From: Anaeramoeba ignava BMAN
Lineage: Eukaryota > Protista > Anaeramoebae
NCBI GenBank assembly: GCA_028826165.1
Contig: JAPDFW010000089.1
Coordinates: 1-64,000 of the forward strand
Direction: 5' to 3'
DNA length: 64,000 nucleotides
The position numbers and the translations under genes are program-made. A model generated the notes under the pieces. It searched no databases and had not been told where the DNA came from. It saw only the letters and a list, made by a program, of their open reading frames with translations. This document shows positions 48,924 to 62,700 of the stretch, one piece after another. Every line of letters starts with the position of its first letter. The first letter of the stretch is position 1.

Positions 48924-50726
48924 ATGAATGATTGTTTATTTTTTGGTAGAAATCAATATCCAAAACTTATCAAAAATGAACCAAATGAAATAACAAAACC
49001 AATTCAATTTAAATTTGAAAATGAAAATGAAAATGAAAATGAAAAACAAATTAAACAAATTTCATCAGGAAGTTATACAACAATTTTCCTTTTTGAAAAT
49101 GGAAACGCAATAGAATATTTAAAAGAAAATGATTCAAATCAAAATCCTTCAAAAATCCAAATTGAAGAAAATATTCAAAAAGTAACTGTTGGTAATGAAA
49201 ATGAAGCTATTTTAACAATAGAAGGAAATGTATTTGCCAAAGGAATAAATATTAATCCAAATAATCCAAATGAATTTATCAATATTTCATCATTAATTGA
49301 AGATAAAAATGATAGAATAATTCAAGATGTTGTTTCTGGAAGTTTTTCAATTTACTTATTAACTTCAAATCAAAATGTTTATGGAATTGGTTCAAATTAT
49401 TGTGGTCAACTTGGTTTTGATTCTGGTTCACTTAGTAAAGCAGAAAAACCAATTTTAATGATGAAAAATGTTTCTAAAATATTTTCAGGAAATAATTCAA
49501 AACATGTTTTTCTTTTAAATTTAAATCAAGAATTATTTGGATGCGGAAATAATTTATATGGTCAACTTGGATTAGGAGAATCAAGAAAAGAAGAAAGAGT
49601 AATCCAGAAATTAATCCAAATCCAAAATATTCCAAAAGGCAAAATAATTGATATTAAATCTTCAGATCATTCAATAATGTTGATTGAAAATGAAGATCAA
49701 AATGAAAATCCAAAAAGAAAACTTTATTCATGTGGGTATTATAGATATAATGGACTTGGCAAAAATGAAAATACTCATGAATTTACTGAAATCAAATCAT
49801 CTTTATTTGAAAATGATGATAATATTCTTGATTTTTCTGTTGGAAATTCTCATACTTTGATTCTAACTTCCAAAGGGAAATTAATTGGATTTGGATATAA
49901 TTCTTATGGTCAATTAGGAACTGGAGATACAGAATTTCATTTAATTCCAATTCAAATTGAACTTCCTAAATTAAGATTTAATGAAAATATTTCCAATTAT
50001 CATATTTCTTGTGGATCTTTCAATTCATTTCTTTATTATTCTCCTCCTTCTTTTTCCAATCTTGAAGAAGATTTGATAAAACTATTTAGAAGAAAAGAAT
50101 TTTGTGATATTTCATTTAAAACAGAAAATGGAGAAATAATTGAAGCTCATAAATTAATATTAAAATATAGATTAAATCAAAATCAAAATCAAATTGAAAA
50201 ACTTCAAGAAATTATTTCAAAAAAATCAATTAAAGAATCAAATCAAATATTTGAAATGATTTATTCAAATAATTCAAAAATAAATCCAAAATTATATTCT
50301 GAAATTAAAGAAATTATAAATTCCAATGAAAAAATTGAAGAAACAATGAAAAGAATTTATTTAAATGAAAATGAAAAAGATTTTATAATTGAAAGAAAAG
50401 AAAAACAATATAAATTTCCTAAATTAATATTAATAATGAGAAGTGAATTATATCGAGGAATGTTTTTATCTGTAACTGAAGATAAATCAAATAAAGTTAC
50501 AGATTATAGTGAATTAAGTAATAAATCATTTCAAATATTTGAATATTGGATTTATTCAAATCAAATTAAAAATGAAATTCAAATTACACAACAAATTATT
50601 AATGAAATTCAAATTGGAATTGATTATTTTCAATTAAATCAAACAAATCCAAATTTATTTGATTTATTAATTAGGAAATTTAATAATCAACAATCCCAGA
50701 AAAAAGAAAAATGCTTAATTTTTTAA
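48924..50726 (+). CDS. RCC1-repeat/tandem BTB paralogue, intact 600 aa, ends in CaaX (KKEKCLIF)
   Basis: GNNLYGQLGLG, GYNSYGQLGTGD, KEFCDISF...AHKLIL, RSELYRGMFL. Confidence 0.92.
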   Translation: MNDCLFFGRNQYPKLIKNEPNEITKPIQFKFENENENENEKQIKQISSGSYTTIFLFENGNAIEYLKENDSNQNPSKIQIEENIQKVTVGNENEAILTIEGNVFAKGININPNNPNEFINISSLIEDKNDRIIQDVVSGSFSIYLLTSNQNVYGIGSNYCGQLGFDSGSLSKAEKPILMMKNVSKIFSGNNSKHVFLLNLNQELFGCGNNLYGQLGLGESRKEERVIQKLIQIQNIPKGKIIDIKSSDHSIMLIENEDQNENPKRKLYSCGYYRYNGLGKNENTHEFTEIKSSLFENDDNILDFSVGNSHTLILTSKGKLIGFGYNSYGQLGTGDTEFHLIPIQIELPKLRFNENISNYHISCGSFNSFLYYSPPSFSNLEEDLIKLFRRKEFCDISFKTENGEIIEAHKLILKYRLNQNQNQIEKLQEIISKKSIKESNQIFEMIYSNNSKINPKLYSEIKEIINSNEKIEETMKRIYLNENEKDFIIERKEKQYKFPKLILIMRSELYRGMFLSVTEDKSNKVTDYSELSNKSFQIFEYWIYSNQIKNEIQITQQIINEIQIGIDYFQLNQTNPNLFDLLIRKFNNQQSQKKEKCLIF

Positions 50727-51090
50727 TTTCAATTAAAATCAAAATCAAAATCAAAATTAAAATTGAAATCAAGATCAAAATTAAAATCAAATTTAAAATT
50801 AAAATCAAAATTAAAATTAAAATTAAAATTAAAATTAAAATTAAAATTAAAATTAAAATTAAAATTAAAATCAAAATTAAAATTAAAATTAAAATTAAAA
50901 TCAAAATTAAAATTAAAATTAAAATTAAAATTAAAATCAAAATTAAAATCAAAATCAAAATTAAAATTAAAATTAAAATTAAAATTAAAAATTAAAATTA
51001 AAATTAAAATTAAAAACAAAATACAAACCAAAATTAAAATTAAAATTCCAAAATTTTTTTTTCAATTTTTCATTTTTTTCTTTTTCAAAA

Positions 51091-52867
51091 ATGAATGAAA
51101 TTATATTTTTTGGTTATAATAAATATCCAAAACTTTTCAAAAATAAACCAAATAAAATAACAAAACCAATTCAATTTAAATTTGAAAATGAAAATGAAAA
51201 TGAAAATGAAAAACAAATTAAACAAATTTCATCAAGTTTCTTTTCAACAATTTTCCTTTTTGAAAATGGAAAAGCAATAGAATATTTAAGTGAAAATGAT
51301 TCAAATGAAAATCCTGTAAAAATCCAAATTGAAGAAAATATTCAAAAAGTAACTGTTGGTAATGAAAATGAAGCTATTTTAACAATAGAAGGAAATGTAT
51401 TTGCAAAAGGAATAAATATTAATCCATATAATCCAAATGAATTTATCAATATTTCATCATTAATTGAAGATACAAATGATAGAATAATTGAAGATATTGT
51501 TTCTGGATCTCGTGCAATTTACTTATTAACTTCAAATCAAAATGTTTATGGAATTGGTTCAAATCAATTTGGTCAACTTGGTTTTGATTCTAAAACACTT
51601 CCAAAAACAGAAAACCCAATTTTAATGATGAAAAATGTTTCTAAAATATTTTCAGGAAATTCTTCAAAATATGTTTTTCTTTTAAATTTAAATCAAGAAT
51701 TATTTGTATGCGGAAATAATGAATATGGTCAACTTGGATTAGGAGAATCAAGAAAAGAAGAAACAAAAATCCAAAAATTAACCAAAATCCAAAATATTCC
51801 AAAAGGCAAAATAATTGATATTCAATGTGGAAGTATTTATTCAATAATGTTGATTGAAATTGAAGATCAAAATCAAAATCCAAAAAGAAAACTTTATTCA
51901 TGTGGAGATTATCAATATAATGGACTTGGCAAAAATGATGAAGATACTTATGAATTTACTGAAATCAAATCATCTTTATTTGAAAATGATAATATTCTTG
52001 ATTTTTCTGTTGGAAATGCTCATACTTTGATTTTAACTTCCAATTCAAAATTAATTGGATTTGGATACAATGAATATGGTGTATTAGGAACTGGAGATAC
52101 AAAAGATCAATCAATTCCAATTCAAATTGAACTTCCTAAATTAAGATTTAATGAAGAAATTTTCAATTATCATATTTCTTGTGGATTTGACAAATCATTT
52201 CTTTATTATTCTCCTTTCTTCTTTTTCCAATCTTGAAGAAGATTTGATAAAATTATTTAGAAGAAAAGAATTTTGTAATATTTCATTTAAAACAGAAAAT
52301 GGAGAAATAATCAAAGCTCATAAATTAATATTGAAATATAGATTAAATCAAAATCAAAATCAAATTGAAAAACTTCAAGAAATTATTTCAAAAAAATCAA
52401 TTAAAGAATCAAATCAAATATTTGAAATGATTTATTCAAACAATTCAAAAATAAATCCAAAATTATATTCAGAAATTAAAGAAATTATAAATTCCAATGA
52501 AAAAATAGAAGAAACAATGAAAAGAATTTATTTAAATGAAAATGAAAATGAAAAAGATTTTATTATTGAAAGAAAAGAAAAACAATATAAATTTCCTAAA
52601 TTAATATTAATAATGAGAAGTGAATTATATCGAGGAATGTTTTTATCTGTTACTGAAGATACTTCTAATAAAGTTACAGATTATAGTGAATTAAGTAATA
52701 AATCATTTCAAATATTTGAATATTGGATTTATTCAAATCAAATTAAAGAAGAAATTGAAATTACTCAAGAAATAATTAATGAGATTCAAATTGGAATTGA
52801 TTATTTTCAATTAAATCAAACAAATCCAAATTTATTTGATTTATTAATTAATAAATTTAATAATTAA
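51091..52867 (+). CDS. RCC1-repeat/tandem BTB paralogue with apparent frameshift at ~52216
   Basis: ORFs 51091-52236 (RCC1) and 52151-52867 (BTB-BTB) collinear with the intact paralogue. Confidence 0.85.
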
Positions 52868-53520
52868 AATTAAAATCAAAATCAAAATTAAAATTAAAAT
52901 CAAAATCAAAATTAAAATTAAAATCAAAATTAAAATTAAAATTAAAATTAAAATTAAAATTAAAATTAAAATTAAAATTAAAATTAAAATTAAAATTAAA
53001 ATTAAAATTAAAATTAAAATTAAAATTAAAATTCATTTATAAAATTAAAATTAAAAAATTAAAATTAAAATTAAAATTCAAATCAAAATCAAAATTAAAA
53101 TCAAAATTAAAATTAAAATTAAAATTAAAATTCAAAATTAAAATCAAAATTTAAAATTAAAATCAAAATTAAAATTAAAATTAAAATTAAAATTAAAATT
53201 AAAATTAAAATTAAAAATCAAGATCAAAATTAAAATCAAAATTAATAATCAAAATTAAAATTAAAATCAAAATTAAATTTAAAATTTAAATTAAAATTAA
53301 AATTAAAATCAATAATTAAAATTAAAATTAAAATTAAAATCAAAATTAAAATTAAAATTAAATTCAAAATTAAATTCAAAATCAAAATTAATAATCAAAA
53401 TTAAAATCAAAAATTAAAATTAAAATTAAAATCAAAATTAAGATCAAAATTAAAATTTAAATTAAAATTAAATTTAAATTTAAAATTAAAATCAAAAATT
53501 AAAATTAAAATTAAAAAGAA
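52865..53520. repeat. (TAAAAT/CAAAAT)n intergenic microsatellite; similar arrays at 48710-48890 and 50730-51045
   Basis: Direct observation. Confidence 0.9.
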
Positions 53521-53744
53521 TTGAAAGAAAAAAAATTTTTTTTCCTGTTTTTTTTTTCCTGTTTGTTTTTTAATTATTTAATTAATTTTTTTAATTTTTT
53601 TTGTTTTCATTTTTTTCTTTTCAAAAAAAAAATTAATTTTTGATTAGATTAAATTTTGGAAGTAAGAAAAAAAAAAGTGGAAAAAACAATCAAAACAAAA
53701 AATAATTTTATTAATAAAAAAAAAAATAAATAAAAACAGGAAAA

Positions 53745-56700
53745 ATGGATCAAAATACAAATCAAAAAGAATTAGAATTAAAGAAATTCAATAAATTGTT
53801 AAGAAAACAAATTAATAAGAAAATTGCTTTAATGTTTGGAAATGAAAAAACTTCAGATTTGAAAATTTATTGTGGAAAAGATAAAGTGTCAATTTTTTGT
53901 CATAAATTCATTTTGGAAACTAATTCAAAATATTTTATGATAAAAAACAGAGAGAATCAATCAAATATAATTTATTTTAATAATTTTAGTTCAGAAATTG
54001 TTAAACCAGTTATCCAATTTTTTTATACTGGAAAATTTAAATTTGACAAACAAAAATTTGAAGAATATTATCTTTTCGCTCATGAAATCAAATCAAAAGA
54101 AATCAAAACAAAAATCGAACTTGAAATTGAATTGATTTTAAATCTGGAAAATATTATGGAAATTTATTTCAAAACTCAAAAAATTAATTCAAAAAATCTT
54201 TTACAAATTTGTCAACAATTCATTTTTCAAAATGTTCAAGTTATTGTTTCAAATCCAAATTTCTCTAAAAATTTGAATCAAAACCAAATTAATAATTTTA
54301 TCGAATTAACCTCTTCAAACCAAGAAATTCAAAACAAAAATGAAATTATTCAAAAAATTAAACAAAAACCAAATCAATTAAAAGAAGATCAAAAAGAGAA
54401 TCTCTCAAAAAATGTAAAAAAAATTTAATAAGAAAATTCCAAAAAATTTTTTTGATTTAATCAATTTTTTTTAAAAAAAAAAAAGGAACAAATTGAAGAA
54501 CAAGAAGAAAAAGAATTTTTTACAAGTTTTCCAAATGGAAATAAACTTTTTAGAATATGGAAAAAAATGAAATTAAAATATTACAATCAAGTAACAAATA
54601 ATTTGAATCAAAATCAAAATCAAAATCAAAATCAAAATATTTAAATTAAATTGTTTTTTTTTAGATTAATGATGAAATTATTAAATTTTGTGTAATATTC
54701 CAAAATTCATTCAAAAAATGGAAACCATTTGAAACAAAAAAAAATCAAAATGAAGATGAAGATGAAAAACCATTTGAGAAATATTTTGAAAATGAAGAAA
54801 TGAATCAAGCACTTTTAAAAAAAGAAGTTCATCCAATAAAATTTATTCTTTTCATTATAAGTTTATCTATTTATACTCAAGATTTTATTAAAGGTTATTA
54901 TTATTTTTATTATTTTTATTATTTTAATATTAGATTTCTTTTTTAAAAAAAATATCAAAATAGGAATCATTCAAAATCGAAATGAAAATGAAATACAAAA
55001 AGAAAATATTCAAGGCCACAAATATTTAGTTTCTTTACCAATCATTACAATTCTTTCAAAATCAAAATATAATCGACAAATTTTATCTGAAAGTGGAATT
55101 TTTCAAATTATTCAAGATTTATTGGAAAATACAAAAAATCTTTTAGAATCAATGAAAAATTTAAGAGTAAAAAAAAAAAAAGCAAAATTTGGAATTCCAC
55201 TTTTTTTTTTCTTCTTATTATTAATCAATTTATTTTTTTTTTTAAAAAAAAAAACAAATACAAAAGAAATCAAATCCTTTACTCTCAATTTATTATTTAA
55301 TGGAAACTCAATTTATTCTTTCAGAAGTTCTAGAAATTTTAAATCAATTTTTAAGAGAAAGACAAGTTTTTCCAAATCAAGACATTTTAGAGTCAATCAA
55401 ACAATCAAAAATATTCTCATTATTAATTGGTAAAATTATCCATTTTCTTTTATTCATAATTTTATTCATAATTAAATTTAATTTAAAAATAGAATTTTTC
55501 CAAATTAACCTAAATCTCAGGAAATCATTCCTTTTCACAATAAAACAAATTGATATCCAAATAAAATTGCTTGAAAATTTTGAAAATGCTTATGAATTAA
55601 ATTTATTAAAGGAAAAAGAAAAGATTGATTTAATTTTACTTTTTTTAACATTCTTTAAATCTCCAAATCTATCATCATCACTCCCAAATATTGGGTTTTC
55701 AAATCAAGAAAAAGATCAGATTGAAATCAAAGATTTTCTTCAAACAAATTTCTTTGTATTCGATCCAAAAATCAAAAAACAAGAAAATCCATTTCTTTTA
55801 CAAAATGAAAAAATGCTAAAAGAAAATCTAGGTCTATTTGAATTTGATTTTTGTTCAAATCTTTTCCAATTCCTTACTAAAATTATTGAAGAAGAAAATA
55901 TAGTTAACCAAATTATAAATAATAACAATATTTCCTATCTTGGAGATTTTATTCTTTGGGTTTTGAATTTTTCTAGGCCAAAATTATCAAGAAAATCCAA
56001 AGATTTGATGAAAGAAATTGAAGAAAAAGAAAAAGAAAAAGAATTAGAAAAATTTGATCCAAAAATAATAGAAAATATCAAACCAAAAAAAGTGTCAAAA
56101 ATCGTATTATATAATATTTATTTCGATACCCTTTTTAGAAATTTCAGAAACTTCCAATATATTGAAAACTCAAATCAAAGTGATTTATCAAAAGAAAATA
56201 TCAAAATTGAATTAGATAATTTTACACATGAAACCAAAAGAAAAGTTAATAATTTCAAACAAAGATTCATTTTAACCTATCTCGATTTATTCAAAAATCC
56301 AGAAAACCAAGTTTCAAAATCATCTTTAATCCATAATTTATCAAATCAAAAAATTATTCAAACTCAGAAATATATCCAAAATGTTTTTCCTCAGCTCCAA
56401 ATGTATATTTTGATGGAATTTAAGAGAATGATAATTAAAGATGATGACAAAGAAGCTCTTAAATTTTTCGAAGCAAATGAAGGATGGGAAACTTGTTTTT
56501 CCGATTATTTCATCAGAAACCATTCCATTAATTTAAATGTAACAAATTTATAAATCAAAAAAAAAAACGAAAAATTAATCAATCAACAAAAATTCTTTTT
56601 TCTTTTCTCTTTTTGGAAATATTTTGATTAGATTCAAAAGAATGAAAAGATTAAATTAAATCAAATGTATATAGATTTACAAACATTATTAATTAATTTC

Positions 56701-59700
56701 ATGTTTGATGCTATTGTGAATTATCAACACAATTTCGATTACAAGTTCTTATTTAATCAAGTATTAAAAAACCAAAAGATAAAATCAAATTTATTCTTAT
56801 TAAATCAGTTTTTGGAAATGATAATTGAAGTTATCGAAACAAAACCTGAAATCTCATCCAATAAAATTATTGAAATTAAAGGATTTCAAAGCATTCAAGA
56901 AATTTTATATGAATTAACCCAAGAAAATCAAAATCAAAATCAAAATGAAAATGAAAATGAAAATGAAATTCAAAAGGAAACAATCGATTTATGCTTAGAA
57001 ATTTTGGATTTGTTACTTAAAAATGCAAATATTGAAATCATTTTTGAAAATGAAGAAATTATTAGAACTTTGATTAAATTATTTGAATTCAAAATTACTC
57101 AAAAAATTCCATTCATTTATATCCCAAAAATTCTTGAAAAAATCAAAAAACCAAAAGGTGAAAACGAAAAAGTATTAATTTCTTATTTAATTCAAAAAAT
57201 TCTCTTTCTAACTCAAGAAATCAATGCAAATCTAAATCAACAAGAAAAATCAAATGAAATTGAACTGAAAGAAGTTGAAGAATTCTTTTCAAAATGCTTA
57301 GAATCAATTTCACAAAATCGAGAAGTTATTCAACAAATTATTTTAAATTCTGAGTTATTCAATATTTTCAAAACAATATTGAATGATAAAGAACAAAATT
57401 CAACTCATCTCATTTTAACATTTTTGAATGAGATTATCAGAAACAATGAAACAACGATTTCTGAATTTCAACAATTAGTTCCAGAATCAGAATTTATTGA
57501 ATTACTTTCCCAAACAGAAAAAGACAAACCATCAAAAAAATTATTCCAAATTCTTTTCAATTTAATGATTAATAATGGAGAATTTTCATTAGAAAATAAT
57601 TTTGTTATCAGAAATCCAACCATGATCCAAATCATTTTCAGATTTTATTCACAGAATTTGGATCAAAATGAAAATCTGAATAAATTTATCGAAGTGCTGG
57701 AAATATTTACCCAAATTTGTGAGAAATCAATCCATAATATTTATTGTTGTTGTGAAAAAGGAATCATTTCTTTCTTACTTGAATTAATCCCCAAAATTCA
57801 AAACTTAAAATTATTCCAGAAAATTATTCAATTTATTGGAAAACTTGCAACACATAAAATTTTTGTTTTGGAAATGAAACAATACTTTTCCTTTTTGAAG
57901 GATCAGTTAAGACAAAGAGAAAGAAATCAATTTTCAAATGTAATGTTAATTGAATTAAGAAAAATGATAAACCAAAACACAGAAAATCAAGAGAATCCAA
58001 TTAATTTCTTTGATTTTTATGAAGAAAATTCAAATATTCAATTTCCAACTTTCAAAAATAATTTAATTTCTGAAGAATTTAGTTTTGCTACTTGGATAAG
58101 ATTTGAAGAATATCAAAACAATATCAACCAAACAGATTACAAAACAAAGATATTTAGCTTTTTAACAGAAGATTCAAAAGGATTCGAAGTATTTTTGGAA
58201 TTTAACAAAGAAAAGAAAAAACCAGAATCATTTATTTGTGAAATTTATCCAAATCAAGAAAGTCAAATTGTTGAAACAAAATTCCCTTTTGAAATGGAAA
58301 CCAAGAAATGGCACTTTTTTGTTTTCACACAAAGATACAAAAAATCAAATTCAGAATTTGAAATATCAATTTATCTTGATGGAAAACAATCCACTATCAT
58401 ACTAAAAACAAGAAAAATTGGAAAAGGAAAACAACCATTTATCAAAAACGAAATTGGTTCAAATTCCACATTTTCAATTCAAGAACAAAAAATAAAATCA
58501 TTTTATGGACAAATGGGAATAATATATCTTTTTAAAGAATTTCTTAGTGAAAAACAAGTCAAAGCAATCCAATTTCTTGGGCCAAATTGTCATTCATTTT
58601 TTTATCCAAATGAATTTGCAAAATATTCCAATTCAAAAGTTACAAAAGAGTTAAAAGAAATTTTAAATGGAGAATTAACACAAAAAATACTTGTTTGTCA
58701 CAATCCAAAAGAAAAAAAAGGAAATTTATTTTTAAATCAAAGTCCTTCAAATATCATCAGAGAAGATTCAAAACTGAATAATGTTTATTCATTTACAAAA
58801 GCTAATTTCCAAGATATTGCTTATTATTTAGGAGGTATCCAAACTTTTTTTTATCTAATTCTTGAAATTGATGAAGTATTTAAAGAAGAAAAATTTGATG
58901 AACTTGAAAATGAAAGAAAACCACTTTTTGAAGAAATGTTGAGAATAGTTAGAGATGTTTTATTGCATAACCCAAATTTTCAAGAACAAATGATTCAAAA
59001 TCAAGGTTTCCCAATATTAAGTAATATACTTAAATCTATAAATACAAAATATTTTTCAAACCAAATTTATGATCTTATCAAAGTATTTCAAGAAGAAATA
59101 CAAAACGAAAAATTCAAAATTCAACTTAAAAACCATTTAATTTTTGACTATCAAATTTGGAAGAATTTCAGTTTTGAAATTGGAAAAAAAATCATTTTCA
59201 AAAATCAAAATGAAAATCAAAATGAAACTGAAGAAATAACCGAAATTATTAAGAATACCCAAAATATAGGAGGAAATAATACCCAAAATATTACAATTTT
59301 TGATTTATTATCTGTATTGAACTATTCTGATGAAGCTTTAGTGAAAATAAAAGAAAACAATACATCTCCTCAATATTACAATTATCAAAAAAACCAAATT
59401 GATAATTTATCTCAAGATTTATTTTCAATTATCGAAATTCTTTTTGATCAAATTGACAATGTTTTTCCAAAATCAAAATATATGCAATCTTTAATTTCAG
59501 AATGTTTTCTTTTCAAAACAGAAAATTTTATTGAAAAAACACTTGAGTTCATTTACAAAATTATCAACAAAACTCCTCAACAATACAGACAACAATTATT
59601 TCCAGTTGAATTATTCAAAGCACTCGTTCAATTAATTAAAGAACATGAGAGTAACACAAAGATAATTCAATTATGCCTTGAAATTATTTATTTAATTGAT

Positions 59701-62700
59701 GTTTCCTTCATTGAAAATGAAAAAATAACCCAAAATTTGGAGAAGAAGAAAGAATTTGAAATGAAGAAACTGGAAGATTTTTATCCTTTGATTCACAAAT
59801 TTATTGATTGCGAATATAAATCAAATTTCGAAGGAAATTATTGATGTTCTTTTTAAGATGATGATTTATGAAGATGAATTTCAATATCAAAATTCATTTA
59901 TTCGGAACCCATTTATTTTAGAAACAATTTTTGAAATTTTTCAATATTCACCAAATTTAGTTGATAGTAAAAATTTCCATAAATTGTTCATTTTAATTGT
60001 GGAAGGTAATTTTAATAAGGAGAAAATTCTTACTCAGTTTGGATGGCAAAAATGGATGATTTCTCTAATAAATTTTAATAATTATCAAATTGAAATTGAA
60101 ATTGAAAATGAAAATGAAAATGAAAATGAAAATCAAATTCAACATCAAATTCAAAATCAAATTCAAAATGATGTAAATGAGATTATTTTCAGCATATTCA
60201 AGTTGTTATTTATTTATTGCTTCCATAATTCATCTTATAATTTTCGCGAAGTATTTGAAAAATTTCTTTCGTCAGTTTATTTAATCCATTTTTCAATAAC
60301 AAACAAACAAACCATTCCTAAAATAATTGAAAGAATAATAAATGATATTTTTGATGATATTAATATGAATTCAAAACAAGAAATCGATCTCAAAACCCAT
60401 CAATATGTCATCACATCCAAAATACTTTTAACCTCAAATTCAACAATTTCAAAAGAAGAATTTTTCAATAATTTATTTTATCTAATCAAAGTATTAAATG
60501 GGATGGTTTTCCATTTATCAAAAAATGGATTTGAATCGCCAATTCCAGAAAATCAATTATCAAATCAATTCCTTCAAACAACAATTTCAAAACAATTCAT
60601 AAAAATTCACAGGCACAGAAGACATAATCAAAATAATTTAAGCAACGAAGAGAACTTATTGAATTTTTTAGAAGAAAAAAGTTGTTTAATTGAAAAAGGA
60701 GAAATTATGAGAAATTTAATCTCCATTTTGGAAAGATTTGAATTTTTTAAAGAAGCAGGAATCTCAGTTATAAACAAAGAAGAAAAAAGAGCAATTTCCA
60801 AAATTATTATTTTGCTCATTTTCGCAACAATTCCAAAATCAGATATTAAATTAACTAATTTCCTTCTTTCAAAACTAAATGAAATGATTAATCAATTCAA
60901 TTCCAAATCATCTTCAATCCAAAATCCACAAGAATTAATCAAAATTTGTTTCTCATTCTTCTTTTATTCTCTTCAACACGAGAATCTTATTGAAACACGA
61001 AATGAAGATGAAAGAAGAGCCAAAAGAAATCTTTTACTAACCTATTTGCAAATGATTATGCAAGATAATTACCAATTTTTATTCGAATTATTTTCAGGTC
61101 AAAATAGAAGGCATTCTTTACTTACTCAAAAAACAAAAAAATCATTTGTCTTTCACAGTCAAAATATTATAGAATTCGAAAAAGAAGTCATGAACGAAAA
61201 TTGGAAAAAAGCAATCAATATTACTTTCTTTCCAATAAACCAGAAAATTGCGAAAGATATCAAAGGAAATGAAAAGGAATTTATTAGAATCCAATCAAAT
61301 AATATATTTTATTTGAAAAAATTATTGAACCACAAATTCAAAATTAAAGAAAAAGAAATTGAAATCATTTCAAAAGAAATTGAAAAAGAAAAGCAAGAGT
61401 TGATGATAAGAGAAATGAAAAGGAAACCCCGAACAGAAATTCAAGAAAAGTACAATTTATTCTATTTAAAGGAATTCAAAAAAATGCTCCAAAATTCAAT
61501 TTTAGGAAAATATCCATGGAGTTCAAAACCAATAAATATTCTCGATAAAGAATTTAAAAAGCAAACTCAAAATTATTATTTTAATTGCGATGATCCCAAA
61601 CTTTCAGAAATTGAAGATGAAATGAGAAGACAGAAAAAACTCAAATATTATTCAGAAAAAGAAAAAAAAGATGAAGAAAAAAAGAATTTAATAAGTTTAC
61701 ATAAAAAAACCAAAGCACAAATAGATGAAATTAGAGATAAATTGTCAAAGATCCAAAATCAAAAATTGATAAGAAAACAAAATTTATTTTTGAAACATTG
61801 CGAGATGATTTCTAAAACCAAAAAAAGAAAAGGAGTATTTGAAATTAGAAGAAAGTGGATTAATTTTTTCAATTTAAACTGCAAGGAAAAGAATTATTCA
61901 TGGGAAATTGGAGATATTCAAGTAATTCATAAAAGAAGATATCTTTTCAAACATTCAGGATTAGAAATATTTTTTGGAAGCAACAGAAAAACTATATTTT
62001 TCAATTTTGAAACAATGGAAATAAGAAATGAAATTTATGAAAAAATCCAAAATCACAAATTAACAAATATTAATTTATCCATGTTTAATTATTTTGGAAA
62101 TGAACCAACAAAATGGATCGAAAAAACACAAATCACAAATCAATGGAAAGAAAAAAAATTGTCGAATTTTGAATATCTTATGTATCTGAACACAATATCA
62201 GGAAGAACATATCAAGATCTTTCACAATATCCGATTTTTCCATGGATTATTTCTGATTATGAATCCGAAACATTAGATCTTAATAATCCAAAAACATTTA
62301 GAGATTTATCAAAGCCTCTTGGATTTTTGAATAATAAAATAACAATTTATTTTGAAAAATATGAATTAAACGGAAAAGAAAAAGAAAAGGAATATAATTA
62401 TAAACAATTTTATTCAAATCCAGAAATTGTTTCATTTTATTTGATGAGATTAGAACCATTTAAGTCAATTTGTCTGAAAGAAAAGTATCCAATTTTCAAA
62501 TCAATTCCAGAAACATGGAAAATAATCAAAGAAAGTCAAGAAGATTTTTTTGGAGAACTTATTCCAGAATTTTTCCATTTACCAGATTTTTTAAGGAATC
62601 CAAAAATATTTAGAAATGGAAATGAAAATCAAAATGAAATTCAAAATGAAATTCAAAATGAAAATCAAAATGAAAATCAAAATCAAAATCAAAATCAAAA

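Noticed and set aside
46919-52867. Diversity-generating retroelement as the source of RCC1 variability
   Set aside because: No reverse transcriptase or template repeat in the window, and variation is spread over all blades and not evidently adenine-specific
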